Part shown: positions 1 through 13,218 of the stretch, one piece after another
How the letters are laid out: every line of letters starts with the position of its first letter
Position numbering within the stretch: the stretch's first letter is position 1
Source of the DNA: Bugula neritina
Taxonomy: Eukaryota; Animalia; Bryozoa
Reading direction: 5' to 3'
NCBI GenBank assembly: GCA_964035545.1
Contig: OZ037768.1
Coordinates: forward strand, 17,095,875-17,159,874
DNA length: 64,000 bases
Made by a program: the position numbers and the translations under genes
The notes under the pieces: model-generated
Seen by the model: only the letters and a program-made list of their open reading frames with translations
Told to the model about the DNA's origin: nothing
Databases searched by the model: none

Positions 1-86
1 TGAAGGAATTAAGACTTTAGGTTCCTGACTAAGATAATGTCAAGTTTATATATCATGTTGGCCACTTGAACTACAATAATATACTC

Positions 87-3000
87 TTACTCTTTTTTCA
101 AGTATTTTAGAATTGGATCTTTATCATCATCTGGTTTTAATTTTCGTTTGGTTGGCTCACAGGCTAGTTCTGTCAACTCTGACTTTGGTTTTGAAGCATC
201 CGGCTTTGCAAACCAGTTTCTGAGGTCACCTTTGGACAAGTTTTTCTCCCTAAATAAACATAGCAAAGTCAACTGAAATAAAAACTTGCCAGCTGCCAAT
301 GAGTCAACAATCAGCTACCTCAAACCTGAGTGAGAGTCATGCCAATATAAATGTAAAAAGATGCGATAAAATCAAATGCAATAACCAAAACCCGATATAC
401 ACGGAAATCTTTAAAATTTGTAAAACAAACTATAAAAAACCAAAGTAAAGTACAAGTGGAAAAGAAGAAGGAGAAGACAATACCTAAAGAAGAGAAAATG
501 AACTTTGAATTTTATTTTTGAGTTTTAGCTATCAAAAATAATGCAATCAATATACTACATATAATAATAAATCCATAAGAAAACTAAAAATCTTGTGACT
601 ACCTCAAAACAATTAATAATCAAGAAAATAATGGCAGAAAATGAAATTTTCAAGTTGAAGTTGTCTTTTCTGAGTGGAAAAAAAGGTTAGACAACTTTAG
701 GATGTTAAACTTTCTCAAATAAAATTTACGCAATTAGGTTTAAGAAATGGTTAATTCAGTTTGCAATACCTCATGTATTATTATAAACAGCTGTTCTCTC
801 AAGCAAAAGAAACTTATTTGTACATTATTAAACAACCAAACACATTGTAGAAGGAGCATGAGAGAAGACAACTAATGACATTATAAAGCCCAGTATTTAT
901 AAAACAGTAAACATGTTTAGTTACATACAGCATAGACTTGGCTGGCAAAGGTAGAGGACAGTCTGGCTCCTGATATCTCACATTGTTCACTTTATCAGTA
1001 ACTTGGTGACTCTCCAAACAATCCCGGCCAGTTATTAAATCCTTGACCTGGCAGCAGCAGAATGAGTCAGCAGTTAATACTCGAACACTCAACACAGAGA
1101 AGTATAGAAACATAAATTCTTAAAATATAATAGCAATTAATTACTGTTTTCAAACTTTCTAAAATCTTAGTGCAACATTTTGCTAATAAGTTTTCATCTT
1201 TACCTTCGAGGAAGGAAAATCTTTGAAACTAAGCCACCTCGCAACGTCTTCATCTGTTTCTAAGATCACCTATAAAGTTTAACATCATGCGGCTATCAAT
1301 TATAAACTATAGCAGTATACTAAACAGTATGTTTTGAAGAAAATGTCAAGAATTGTTACCTACCGGCATGCGGTGGTGTATTTTCCCAACAGCACCCACT
1401 GCTTCAGTAGTTATTATACTATAGGAATAGAGTGGACCATCCTAGAGGAATATAAAAATAACAATGATAACCTGTAACACTAATTACTCTGATGGATGTT
1501 TTTAAATGCACAATTACTGCATTTGTGGCTCAAATGATTCAATTCTTAAGAAATCAAATATAGTCTGTTTATTCAGTAGAAAAGTGTCTTTTTGCTTAAA
1601 GGACTGTTCTCTTCAACTCTTTTTTTTTAAGTTATGGATGTTTTACTAAAATGCTACTAACAGTTCATTATTGGATAAGCCCAAGTAAAATCTACCTGGC
1701 ATTTGCAAACATCAAATATTCCAGCCATAAACAACAGAGGCTTGGTGGCTGCAACAGGTTGATTATTCTCTCCAATGTTTTCACTATCTGCTAATAATCT
1801 GTTAAGAGATGAATCAGTTTTAACTTCTCTTGGTGCTTCGTCTTTCTCTTCTTTCACACGTGATTCTTGAATTGAAAGGAAAAAACACTTCACATTGAAA
1901 TTCATTTCTTATAAATTAAGTCTTTTTAGTCAATGGTTAGAGAAAAGTGGTCATGGGTTTGATCCTCAGTAAAGGTGATGTTAAGAAGAGCATCGAGTCA
2001 TAATTGCTCCTGCGAAACATATAAATAAGTCCTTAGCCTGCAATTTCCATCAGGAGTTTTCTCACAGGGATAGCAACTATAAACTTGAGTGAGTTTGTGT
2101 GAGTTTATGTGAGTTTATAGTTGGAAATCATATTTTTAAAAGTAAAATAAACTACCTTCAATGGGAAACTCAAGTTCAGCATAATATATTATTCTTAAAT
2201 AAATTTATCGTAATTAAATAAAACAAATTTTTTTTTAAAAATGTGAAATTTTTGAAAGCTTAGTACCTTTCTTTGTAAATAGATATGGAATCTTCTTTGA
2301 TCCAACTGTCTGCCATTCATAGAATCTGGAAAATATCAGCCATACATGTATTACGAGTCATAAGAGATGACTCAGAGCAACAATAACATATTAGAGTAAA
2401 TAGCAGCAGTAGACGCATGTAAACTGTAAAAGATCTGTCAATGTTAGAAGCCAGCTTGTCTAATTACCATTCCCTACCTCAGTTACTATACAACACCCCT
2501 GCTCTCTTGAGCCAGCAGCAAAATACTTTATGTAAACCATGTAATAGCAGTAAACTAAACACATACTATCAGAATAAAATGCAGCTGCCACAACTAGTAA
2601 ATCATTATTTTAGATTTTATATCAATGATGCAAAAAACTTTATTTTAATAAAATAAGAAATCTTGAGGTTGCTGGTAAAAATAAATTTATCAAAGTAGTA
2701 GAAAAAATTTATTTTAAAAGTTTGTGCAATATGTCACTTATTTTTACTGCACTCATTTTCCGTTTAACACAAAAAAAACATTATATTAACTGCCCATACC
2801 CTTCTGCTATAACAACACATCTCTTTCCTTTAGAAAATGGCACAGAAAATGTTGATTTTTCTGAAATAGTCTCTCCTCTACAATTATTGTGCATCGCTTT
2901 AAATGATGCCCGATCACCCTTGTGCCATTGTGGTATAAGCCCCCATCTCATTGGTTGTAATGTTCTCTTACCGCTTTGATCAGGTGAATGGTGGACAGTG

Positions 3001-3974
3001 GAGAGCAACACTGGACTACAACAAAATTCATCTTTTTGCTGCTTGAACTTTGTCATTTAGTAATGTATATTCCTACCAACACTACCATTTGGTAAGAATT
3101 AATTTTCATTTCAAGCGATGCATTTTACCAAGTTGTTATCACAACAATAAAAAAACAGTACTATATATTACATTATTATGATTTATTGATATTAAAACAT
3201 CAAGGGGTTTCTGGGGGTTACTTAATAAATGTGAGACTAATCAACCTGTATAAATATAACAGGTTATAGCTTTATAACTGGTAATCTTTTACTCTCATAT
3301 CCCAATATCTTATCCAGCATTTTTCCATAAATTTTATGAAAAAAAAATTATAGAGAAGTCTAAAGATAGAATGGTCTTTCAACAGAACTTGAGATGAGCC
3401 AAAAACCCAATTTCAGATACCTTATCAGTTATTAAATCAATACACTGCATTTACCACGGCAAAACAATAGTGCGTAGACTGCAAAGTTTTCATGTAGGAG
3501 ATTTTTAAAAATGACTTATCGATAACTACCACCACCTGAACAACTGCACCATTAAGTGGTACTAAACAGAATATCACTGATTAACTTAATTTGCAAGCAC
3601 ATACGTAAAAGTTGTTGGACCAACGTTATAGGAGGGACGGTAAGAGTCTCCAGTAGGAGGGTCTACCCAATCTGGGGCTACAAGTTTCCCAGTTGCAGGG
3701 TCCACATACTGGCAAGACTTTTGCAAGAGAACAGGATCAATAGCACTGTAATTAGGAACAGAATGCAACTTCTACCTCAACTTCCACTTTCTAATAGCCT
3801 TAACTACCTATTTGATGTTGCGAACTTATTTTCTTTAATAATTTAACAAAAAAATTTTAATCTTATAAAATAGATAAAATAAATAATGCATGCATTATGA
3901 CAAGCTTATGTAAATTGTACGAAACTCTGAGTTTTTAATTTTAGCACAACTTACCAAAATGTTCTTCCACACAT
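87..3974 (-). CDS. HMCES: Abasic-site processing protein HMCES (SRAP domain), multi-exon
   Basis: Spliced reading: MCGRTFC (ATG 3974, exon 3955-3974); 3605-3745 (YRPSYNVGPT); 2800-3015 (PMRWGLIP...NCRGETISEKSTF...KGKRCVVIAEG); 2267-2325 (FYEW); ~1696-1867 (LFMAGIFD); ~1364-1441 (YSYSIITT...IHHRMP); ~1204-1269; ~938-1046 (VNNVR); last exon ending at stop 87. The catalytic Cys2, the Glu of FYEW and the His of IHHRMP are present, with GT-AG introns. Confidence 0.93.
1928..2117 (+). mobile_element. tRNA-derived SINE copy, degenerate, tail of (TGTGAGTTT)n-like repeats
   Basis: Shares GGTCATGGGTT(T)GA B-box, GAAGAGCATC.AGTCATAATTGCTCC and TCTCACAGGGATAGC.ACTATAAACTT motifs with the full copy at 48721-48931. 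Confidence 0.8.
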
Positions 3975-4150
3975 TTTGTTTAGGTGATTTGTGAGAAACG
4001 ATCTTCAAGTGCGTTACGAACAAGACAATAAAAAAAACTAGTGCTTCAGCAAAATCATCACCCAGAGCAGAGTCTATTTATGCCTAAAATAATAAAGTGA
4101 TGACATCCATAAATTAAAAAACTACAATATAGAACAATAATCATCTTATT

Positions 4151-4360
4151 ACTCACACAAGTTTATAGTCACCATCTTTGTGAGAAACCCCTGATAGAAG
4201 GGGCTTTTGTTAAATCGGGCTAAGGAATTGTTCAGATGAGGCATAGGAGCAATTATGACTGGGTGCTCTTCTTAACATCACCAATGGCCTTTGTCGGGGT
4301 TGGAACCCATGACTTCTCATTCACTAAGCAGCCTCTAAACCCAAGACTACGGGCTGCTCC
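4151..4360 (-). mobile_element. Full-length tRNA-derived SINE with 18-bp target-site duplication
   Basis: Reverse complement matches 48721-48931. Direct repeat AACAATAATCATCTTATT at 4133-4150 and 4361-4378. Confidence 0.92.
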
Positions 4361-5069
4361 AACAATAATCATCTTATTGCTATATGTATATTGTACAGTA
4401 AAGAATAAAACAATGAGAGGTCTTGAAATAAATGTAAACAGCATATAATGTACAATTTGCATTTTAAGTATGCCAGCAAGACTTTTTTTTTTAAGAAAAA
4501 ATATTTTGCTACAACAGGATGTAGCAAGACTATAATGAGAAATTCAAACCCTATTTTTGGTGCTGTATACAAGATAATTTACAATGCTAATTTTGAAACT
4601 CTATTGGAACCTAGAGATTGGGTAAGATAAGTGTAAAACAATTTTTCGAAAAAACTAAAACCATGAAGCTATTTTTGCTTATTTATTTGAAGAAATACAA
4701 ATAACATGTGTTCTAATGCTTGTTTCTCACATTAGAAAAATTATAGAAACCTAAACTTACACGTAGTCCTGCATGTAATCATTAAGATAAACCCTTCATT
4801 ACAAACTAATAAATGATCAAATTCAATAGTTGTTGGATAAATTTTATACACCAATTAAATATAAAACATAAATTTTAAACTCATTACTATTATTACTAAG
4901 TTAAAAAGATGGTACAAGACTGGAACAATACCAAACATACCTAAAAATAAATACATTTTCTAGTAGTAGCTGCAGTTTTTGAACACCTCTAAGTCTATTG
5001 CTAGAGAATATTTGCAGCATGAGAATCTGCAAAATAAAGCAATTGCACTCGAAATAAAGATGTGAGCTC

Positions 5070-5190
5070 CAAAGTCATTGTTAGTGTCATTGAATTTGAT
5101 ACTCATACTCATGACTCAACTCTAAGAGTAAGTATGATACTGATACTGATAGGAAAAGTCAAAGTGAAAGTGACTAACTCAGATTAAAAG
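5070..5190. repeat. Triplet-periodic low-complexity tract (HMCES side of promoter)
   Basis: ATACTC, ATACTG, AAAGTC and AAAGTG hexamer variants. Confidence 0.6.
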
Positions 5191-5339
5191 GTAAACAATA
5201 AAGGAAATAAAATTTAATAAATATGTCCAGAATTAAATAAACTCAAAAAGAATTGATTAGCTGATAAATCATTTTAAAAATGAATCAATCAATTATAATT
5301 TATTTAAATTAAAAATCAAAATAATTTCTTTTTTACTTT

Positions 5340-5735
5340 CCAATCCGCTTTTTCAAGTCTGAGTTTCGGTTACTGTTAGTGGGGTGAAATTGTATAGCTA
5401 TACGTGTCATTAAGTTCACTAAAACATTACAACCAGACAACAAACTTAATTCAAAATTGCTTTACAATCAAAGTTTTAATTAGCAGCAGCCCAAGTGTAA
5501 GCCACAGTATTAGTTATTAAATTTAAGGTGTAGGATTTTGACGCATTCTTTTGCAACTCTGGAGTTGGCGCGTTAAAACAATATCATACTCTCTATTCCA
5601 AAGAGTTGCAACTTGTAGCCTGATTTCCCCATTAGAGCAAATCCAAGCAACGTTGCTGCGCAACTAATGGGGAAATTGGCGTTTCCATTTGTTATAAAAG
5701 CGTCGTCTATTCAATTTTTGACTCGGCTTCTTGAA
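5340..5735. promoter_or_regulatory. Putative bidirectional promoter core HMCES/DPCD
   Basis: Lies between divergent genes and is CpG-rich relative to surrounding introns (GGCGCG, GCTGCGC, AGCGTCGTC). Contains an X-box-like GTTGCTGCGCAAC at 5652-5664. Confidence 0.6.
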
Positions 5736-5744
5736 ACTTAAAAG

Positions 5745-6135
5745 TTGAAATTGAAAGTGATGAATGATACTCATACAGTCATACTGATATACTAGTACTT
5801 TAAATTATAATAGTGGTATTGTCATTGAGCATCAGTAGTAGTGGCAATAGTAGTAGTCGAAGTAACAGACTTAGAATTTAGTAGCAGTAGTATCTATACT
5901 TATACTAATACTCATACTGATACTCATAGTCATACTGGACTAGAGCATACTCATACTGATACTCATAGTCATACTGATACTAATGGTGATACTGAATCTG
6001 ATAGTAATAATTATAATAGTAATAATATTATTAATCATGATATTAATATTAATTTGATAATGACGGCGATGCTGAATAATACTTACACTATCACTCTAGT
6101 CTCTTTTATAATGATTATTGATTACCAAGTCTAAT
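5745..6135. repeat. Triplet-periodic low-complexity tract (DPCD side)
   Basis: (ATACTC/ATACTG/ATAGTC)n, (AGT)n, (AAT)n. Confidence 0.85.
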
Positions 6136-6447
6136 GGCTAATACTATTGAAGTTACTGAATGCATGCAACTATCAATGTTTAATATTGGCAAGTCATCTT
6201 GTAAATAGACACAGAGCATATACTGTATTCTTGATATTTGGTAACCTGTTTGAAGTAGGAGTTTGAAAGTTGACTCATCTGTGCTTCTGAGATGATCTGT
6301 GTAAAATAATGTTAATTTTTATTGAATTTCACACCTGTGGTTACTGTTAACTTTCCTGCCTACCATTAGAGCAGCAGTCTGTTAAATTAGCTGGTGTCTA
6401 AATAACATTTAATACATACAAATTGTGTTTTAGTTTTGCTGATAATT

Positions 6448-7044
6448 ATGGCAACTTCCTGGCAACAAAACTTGGAAACTGCTCAAAAAACAGCACTCCT
6501 ACAGGATGGAAAAAGAAAAGTACACTATACATTTAATGATGGAAAAGAAATGGTAGAAGAATATGATGCTAAAACTAATGAGCTAGTGTTACGGAAATGG
6601 AAGGAATTGGGTGCATTTGGAAATGCTAAACCATGGCAAATTGAAGTCGGTGAAGTTTTAGGACTATCACATACCGAGAAAGAGATAGGACTGATGGAAA
6701 GCTTGAACAATCCAGTAGTTGTTAGAAGAGACAAACTGGATGCATTTCAGTGGCGAATCAGAAACTTGCCTTATCCAATAGACACTTATAATGTTACAAT
6801 AGAAGAAAAATATATAGTGGTCAGGACAAGCAACAAAAAATACTTCAAAAAGCTCAACATTCCTGATATGGATCGTCTTAACTTAGATCTAAATGCAAAT
6901 CTAGTAACCTTCACGCATGCTAATAACACTCTCATCATAACCTACAAAAAACCCAGTCAACTATTAGAGTTTGAAACAAAACTTATAGAGAAATTGAAAT
7001 CTATAAAAGCTGAAGGTGATGTAAATCAGTGTAGACAACAATAA
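6448..7044 (+). CDS. DPCD: DPCD (deleted in primary ciliary dyskinesia homolog), intronless CDS
   Basis: MATSWQQNLETAQKTALLQDGKRKVHYTF...FQWRIRNLPYP...VRTSNKKYFKK...ANNTLIITYKKP...CRQQ matches the DPCD family. A splice acceptor (TTTTAG) at ~6433 lies just upstream of the ATG. Confidence 0.93.
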   Translation: MATSWQQNLETAQKTALLQDGKRKVHYTFNDGKEMVEEYDAKTNELVLRKWKELGAFGNAKPWQIEVGEVLGLSHTEKEIGLMESLNNPVVVRRDKLDAFQWRIRNLPYPIDTYNVTIEEKYIVVRTSNKKYFKKLNIPDMDRLNLDLNANLVTFTHANNTLIITYKKPSQLLEFETKLIEKLKSIKAEGDVNQCRQQ

Positions 7045-7332
7045 ACCAATCATAAATATTTCCAATGATCATATTAGTTACATAACATAGAAAGTAAATA
7101 TATGAATATTTATTGTTGCAACATCATTAGCTTTTTACATCTGTATTTCAATAACAATACCATGAGTTCAGTTATACATTGGAAGTATTGAGCACTAAAA
7201 TACTGGAACATTGAAACAAATAGTAACATCATAAATAATTCAATAAAAAGTACTTTAGTACAATTACGTTGTAATGTAACATGCAATGATTAGTATACAC
7301 AGTGATGTCTTTTTCTCCACCTCCACAGTTTT

Positions 7333-9206
7333 TTATGACAATTGTAATGTTCCTTTAGCAAAGTCAGTCATTTTTACATATTTAACATTTTTATTGTCAA
7401 GTTGCTGTTGGGACCAAGCAAGCAGTTTTAAGATTTTAGTAATTTGAGGCACAGATTCTTGGTTTTCTTGTTCTAGCATTTTGGCATTGACTTCACTTGC
7501 AACCTTAAAAAAAACTAAATTATAATTGTATTTAATTGTATAATTATAATTCATAATTGTTTATCAAATAAACAGCATCTAATGACCACTTCTCTTTCAA
7601 TACTGTATAGATAGCTCAGCAATAAAACTAAATCCACATCATAAAACTGGATGACATCATCAGTCAACAAGTAAAAGACACATGATCTTAAAAAAAGCTT
7701 TTATAATGAGCTGGAAAATATAACTTTACCTTTTGCCGATGACCCAAATTAAGCAAATCTCCAAAAGGTGAAGTGCTTGGCTCATCAAACGCCAACAGGG
7801 CTAGTGTTCTTTCCAATTCAGTCAGCACATCCTAAAAATTGGTAATCACTAAAAATATTCTACAATCTACATTCATTAATCCAACTGCACAGACATGCAT
7901 GATGTAGTGATCATCACAAAACACAACAGGTACTTCAGCATGGCTATTTCTAACTATGAAATTAGCTTATGAGAATCTGTCAAAAATGGCCCTTTGGTAC
8001 CAGACCTTAAATCATCAGCATGAATATAACAAGATGTTATAAATATATTTGAGCTTCTACATTTACATTAAAACTCAATATTTTTAAGAGAACTGTTCAT
8101 CAAGTGTCAATACAATTAGTAAATCAATTTATTTAGGTTTTTCAACTGCAATCAAGAAGAGATAATCTAAACTTCTAAAGGAAATTGATAATGGTGTGTA
8201 GATGTTTTGCTAATGTGAAACATGTAAAATATTTGAGTGTTGAAAAAAATATTTCAAGAAGTAGAACAGCAGAGCAACCAGCTTACTGGATCTCCATCTT
8301 CTGCTCTCTCAACAAGACATGTCTGAGCGAAATCCAATGCCTTCATTACATCTTTTTCTCTGATGAGTTCAATAAGTTGTTGTTGCTACAAAATACATAT
8401 ACATAAATATATGTAATAAACTAAATAAAGTGTTGAGTTATTTTAACAGAGTGTAACAAAGATAATTCTCTTTTTCTTCTTTAAAAAAAGCAAACTTTTA
8501 CAAAACACAGCAAGTATACTGTAAGATAAATGCCAATGTGTTAGAGTTATGGTTGTCCAAAACAAGCAAGACATCTCAAAAAGGTAACATAACCAAGGAA
8601 CAGTAAAGCAACACTTTACAGCAGAAATAACAGCCACCAAAGTACTCGCTTGGGTCATATAAATACTAAAAGCATACAAATTCTTGTGTATGTACATCAA
8701 ATAGTTTGGAGAGGTAAGTTACTATCCCTACCTGTATTTTAAAGTAGAGGAGATTGTCATTATCTAATAACTCAGGATGAATTTCATTAATGAGTGCTAC
8801 AGCTTTTTCTATCTCACCATTTTGCAAACAATTTCGAATTTCTAGGCGTTTATCGATAGTCTGCAAATCAATAGTTGGATTTATCCCAGACTCTATTTTA
8901 AATTTTTCTGCTGCTTCTTTAAATCCTTCTGAAATAAACCACACATAAGACAATATAAAAGAAAGTAAATCTCTAAACAGTACAGCTCAACTGACAAAAC
9001 ATACATATATTAGGAGCACAAATGAAAAATAAACTCAAATAATATAACATTTTTCACTTCAGCAAGCTGCAAAAAATACCTTTTTCTAAGTAGTCCATTA
9101 CCAGCATATTCATTTCCGCCCTTGTAGTATGAACACTTTTCAACTTACTGCTCCATTCTTCTAATATATCACTATCTTTTTGTGTTACATCCATCACAGT
9201 AGCCAT
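7333..9206 (-). CDS. GID8: Glucose-induced degradation protein 8 homolog (LisH/CTLH/CRA; CTLH E3 ligase subunit)
   Basis: Exons ~9080-9206 ([12 protein letters not shown]), ~8732-8927 (GFKEAAEKF...HPELLD), ~8287-8385 (QQQLIELIR), ~7730-7831 ([11 protein letters not shown]...RQK), 7333-7504 (VASEVN...LLAWSQ). Confidence 0.93.
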
Positions 9207-10449
9207 GATGAAAAAATTTTCTGTAGTTCAAAAATGTTGTAAGCTTTCCAGACAGAGAAAACATTGCCAAGGTTATGCATAATAATATAAAATAAATCAT
9301 AACTAGCACTGGTTAAATTCAAATTGTTTTGTTAGCTTGATAAGAAGTTTGAAGGAAGTAATTTAAACAAAACCACAAGGTAAGCAGCCACCGAACATTT
9401 CTGTTGGGTGTGCTTAAAAAATATTTTTAGGGTACTAGTTTTGTTCAATGTTAAATGAAAAGTTAACTTTGTATATGGTAATCAAATCACATACGAATTT
9501 TAATATTACTTGTAACATTGTACCAGTAATAGTAACTATAAAAACAGTCATACTCATTGGGACATTACATGAGCTTGGAAAGCTTTTCCTAAATTATAGC
9601 TTTTCATGTATTATCACAGCTATGCTAGCTATATTATGATTTTTTCCCACTCATTATGGCTACTACTCAATAGCTAACCTTTTAGACTGGTATAAAAACC
9701 CAGCATTTTCACTTATCTTTTCACTTGTGACTTGCAATTACACTTATAACATATGATTTACCGGTTTTTACATTGTTATTTTCTTTCAGTCTGCGACAAT
9801 AAACATTTCTATATATTGAAACACAAAAATACTGCTCATTTGCTTTAAATTTACTGTAAAGCATAGCTATGAATTATCTGTTGATTCTGGAGCACCAACA
9901 TATACATATATGTAAATCAATGAAACTTTTCAAAGCAACAAGACTCTAATTACCTGTCCGAATACTACTATAATGACTAACAACCCAAGTTTGACAAAAC
10001 AGAAAATTTGCTATATGCGCAGTGCAGATATGAAGCTGAATATAAATTAGTTACGCTATTTTTCAAATCTAATATCTAAACAAGTTTTAAATTTCATTAG
10101 TGTTGTGCTGCAGGTTCATATGGCCACTATGCTCCTAAAGGTAAGTGTGGATGTAACCTACTAATCAGTTCAAGAATGCATATAATATTTACTTAAAAAT
10201 TAGCCATTTAGCACAGAAAAAGTTGCATTTTCCTTTCAAATATTGTGAGTTTCAAACTTACTGAATCTGAAAAAAAATTTCTCTTTATGTGAAAAAATAT
10301 TAATCTCAAACCAAACCTATATGTGAAAATATAACAAGGTAACCTCTGCACATGTGTAATATAAAAGTAAGCTAGTTGAACTGCTAACTAGCCACCAAAA
10401 TGTAGTTTCTAAAAAAAATCAACGAAATTACACATGTTTACAAATAGTT

Positions 10450-11790
10450 CAAACTAGACTAGTAGTAGCACCATCAGAAGTAGTAGCAGCAGTACCAGTA
10501 GAAGTGGTAGCACCAGTACTAGTAGCACCAGTACTAGTAGTAGCAGTAATAGTAGTAGTAGCAGTAGTAATGTAGTAATAACAGTACTACTACTGCCAAT
10601 ACTACTACTAGTAGTACAGGTACTAGGGTACTATAACTACTGTTACTAAATTACTATTACAGTACTGGTACTAATAGTAATAGTTTTAAAATTATTACTA
10701 GTACTAATACAGCACTAGTACTAATGGTAATAGTAGGCCTACTACTAGTATTAACAGCAATACTACTACTAGTACTAGTAGTAGTGGTACTATCACCATC
10801 CCTATTGACTATAGTCAATAACTATCAGCATCAGTCTATCATTATGTGATTTTCACATTGTGATTGTAAATGTACCACACATACTGTTTAGCTATATCAA
10901 TGTGTCATTGAATCAATACTTTGACAGCTTTGATTATAACTATCACTATGACTATGAGTATCAGTATGAGACACTATGAGAATGAGTATTAGTTACAACT
11001 TACAGTTGGTGTTACTGTTATGTCTTACAGCTAGTGCTACGCCTACAGTATCAGTAGACAGTATGAGTATGACTATTGGATTGAGTATTGTATCACAGAC
11101 TAACAGTATGAGTATGACTATGAGTATCAGTATGATACAGTGAGTATGACTACGAGTATTTTTTGAAGTTTTACCAATACTTATACTTATAGTTATAGTT
11201 ATTCCCATACTAATAATTATACTTATACTGTCAAGTGAGCATGACACTGAGACTGAGACTCATACTGATACTGATATCAGTGTGAGTTTGAGTTATCATA
11301 ACTCAAACTCATACTGATAATATCAGTATGAGTCTCAGCCTCAGTGTCATGCTCACTTGACAGCATCACTGATACTCATAACTCAAACTGATAATAGAAG
11401 TATTAGTATTACTATTAGTATTACTATTACTATTGGTATTACTATTACATTTACTGTATTACTATTACTATTAGTCAAACTCATAATGATAATCATAATC
11501 ATAATGACTAATGAGTCATAGTCAAACTCAGTGTCATATTGATACCAAAAGTAAAAGTAAATCAGGACCTCAAACTTAAAGTTAATTATAATCATAATGA
11601 TAATGATAACCATAATCATAATCATAATGATAATCATAATCATAATGAGTAAGTACTAAGTTTACCTTAAAGTTAACAAATACTGAAATAGTAAGTTACT
11701 GATTAACTTAAAGTTAATCAGATTAGCTATTCAATTAATTACTATTATGTAGTATTTAAAATAATAATAATAATATTAATAATACATACG
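10450..11790. repeat. Triplet-periodic, palindrome-rich tract in the presumed GID8 first intron
   Basis: (AGT)n, (ACT)n, (AGTATG)n and (ATAATC)n blocks. Palindromes at 10762-10785, 11228-11363 and 11699-11721. Confidence 0.9.
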
Positions 11791-11799
11791 AATATGCTA

Positions 11800-12050
11800 T
11801 TTGAAACATTAAAATTTGGTTGCCCCATCACATATTAAGATTAACTTTATTGGAGTCTTGTTGGCACAAGAAATCCCAGCTGAAGGCTAAGATATTGAAA
11901 AATTACCTTTTCTACTCATGGGAAAACAACTCTCTTACAAGCAGCGCCCAGTGCCTTTCGTATGATAATCCCATCAATGAAATAAGGTAGGCCAGGGTGT
12001 CCCAAATATTCTGGGGCTAAACTTTTCAAATATTTAGTTTGAACAACAAA
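11800..12050 (-). promoter_or_regulatory. Putative GID8 promoter / non-coding first exon
   Basis: GC-richer island directly upstream of the tract, with a candidate minus-strand donor AAAG|GTAATT at ~11906. Confidence 0.45.
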
Positions 12051-13218
12051 TTGTAATAGCTTTATAAGATGTAAAGCAATACAGTACAATTATATCAAGT
12101 TCTCAGTGCAGCCACAGAACTCCGACTTTTTGAATATAAACTACATATTATGTGCGTGAAGTTTAATATTAATATCCGGGTATATATGTGAGTGTGTATA
12201 TATTCTTGTTGTCATGTTTTACATTATATAAGCAGCCATAAAAATCTGCAAACAATATTAATTGAACTGAAAGTATTTGATCAACGTGAATATTTGGATA
12301 GTTGGTGCTAAATTGACTCTAGGCCATGAAAGTGCAGTCAAAGAAAAACAGTCTGCATTTGGAAAATATCCCAATTATTTGTAAGAATATTATGGTTGGG
12401 TCAAGTTAATAATTCCAATTTTGCAATATATATGAAGGCTGTAAACATTAAAGATATTTCAGCTAAGTGTTATTTTATCATCTAAGACTTGTTCTGCATT
12501 TAGCTAAGTTACAAAATCATTGCAAGTAAATGGAAACTTTGTAAAACTTGATGTGAAGTGTATTCTATTAACAAAATTTTATGTTCCACTGAATTGATGT
12601 ATATTCCACTTCATCTTAACGAAAAGTCATTGTTTTATTTACAATTGAGAAACACAAGAGCACAAATTAAAATACAAAATACCAATAAGATATATTTTTT
12701 AAAAAACTATATTTGTTTACAGGCAGTCAGAATAAACATATGGTGTCAGTAAGAAAAATACAAATATAATATCAAAAAGCCTTTAAATTTGATACCAAAT
12801 CTAAATTTAATATTTGATAATGCTACCAAAGTAAACTACTTCAACTAAACTCAATTCTGTATAGTAACATTTTTCAAAAGATTTCGTATTGAAAAACAAA
12901 TTTATAATAATACTTAGTTCCAAGATCACTTTGACCACTTAAAAAGATTTCCTAGATGTAAACAATAGCATCAGTTTATTAGTATAACACTTATACTTAT
13001 AAAATCCTTCACTTTGTTGTTTTAAAAAAGGTGAGAAGTAGTAAATACGAGTAATGCATTTGTCTAGTCTGCAAACCATAGAACACATCAACATGTTACG
13101 TAACAGCAAAACAGTCTTTTGAGATTCTACTGAAAATATGTGATGCAATCAATAATTTAAAATGTGAGAGAACAACGCACATCAACAAAGTCAGCAATAT
13201 AAAATCGCTGAACAAAAG

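Noticed and set aside
5551-5690. H/ACA snoRNA suggested by the two-hairpin layout
   Set aside because: No ANANNA hinge between the hairpins on either strand and no correctly placed ACA.
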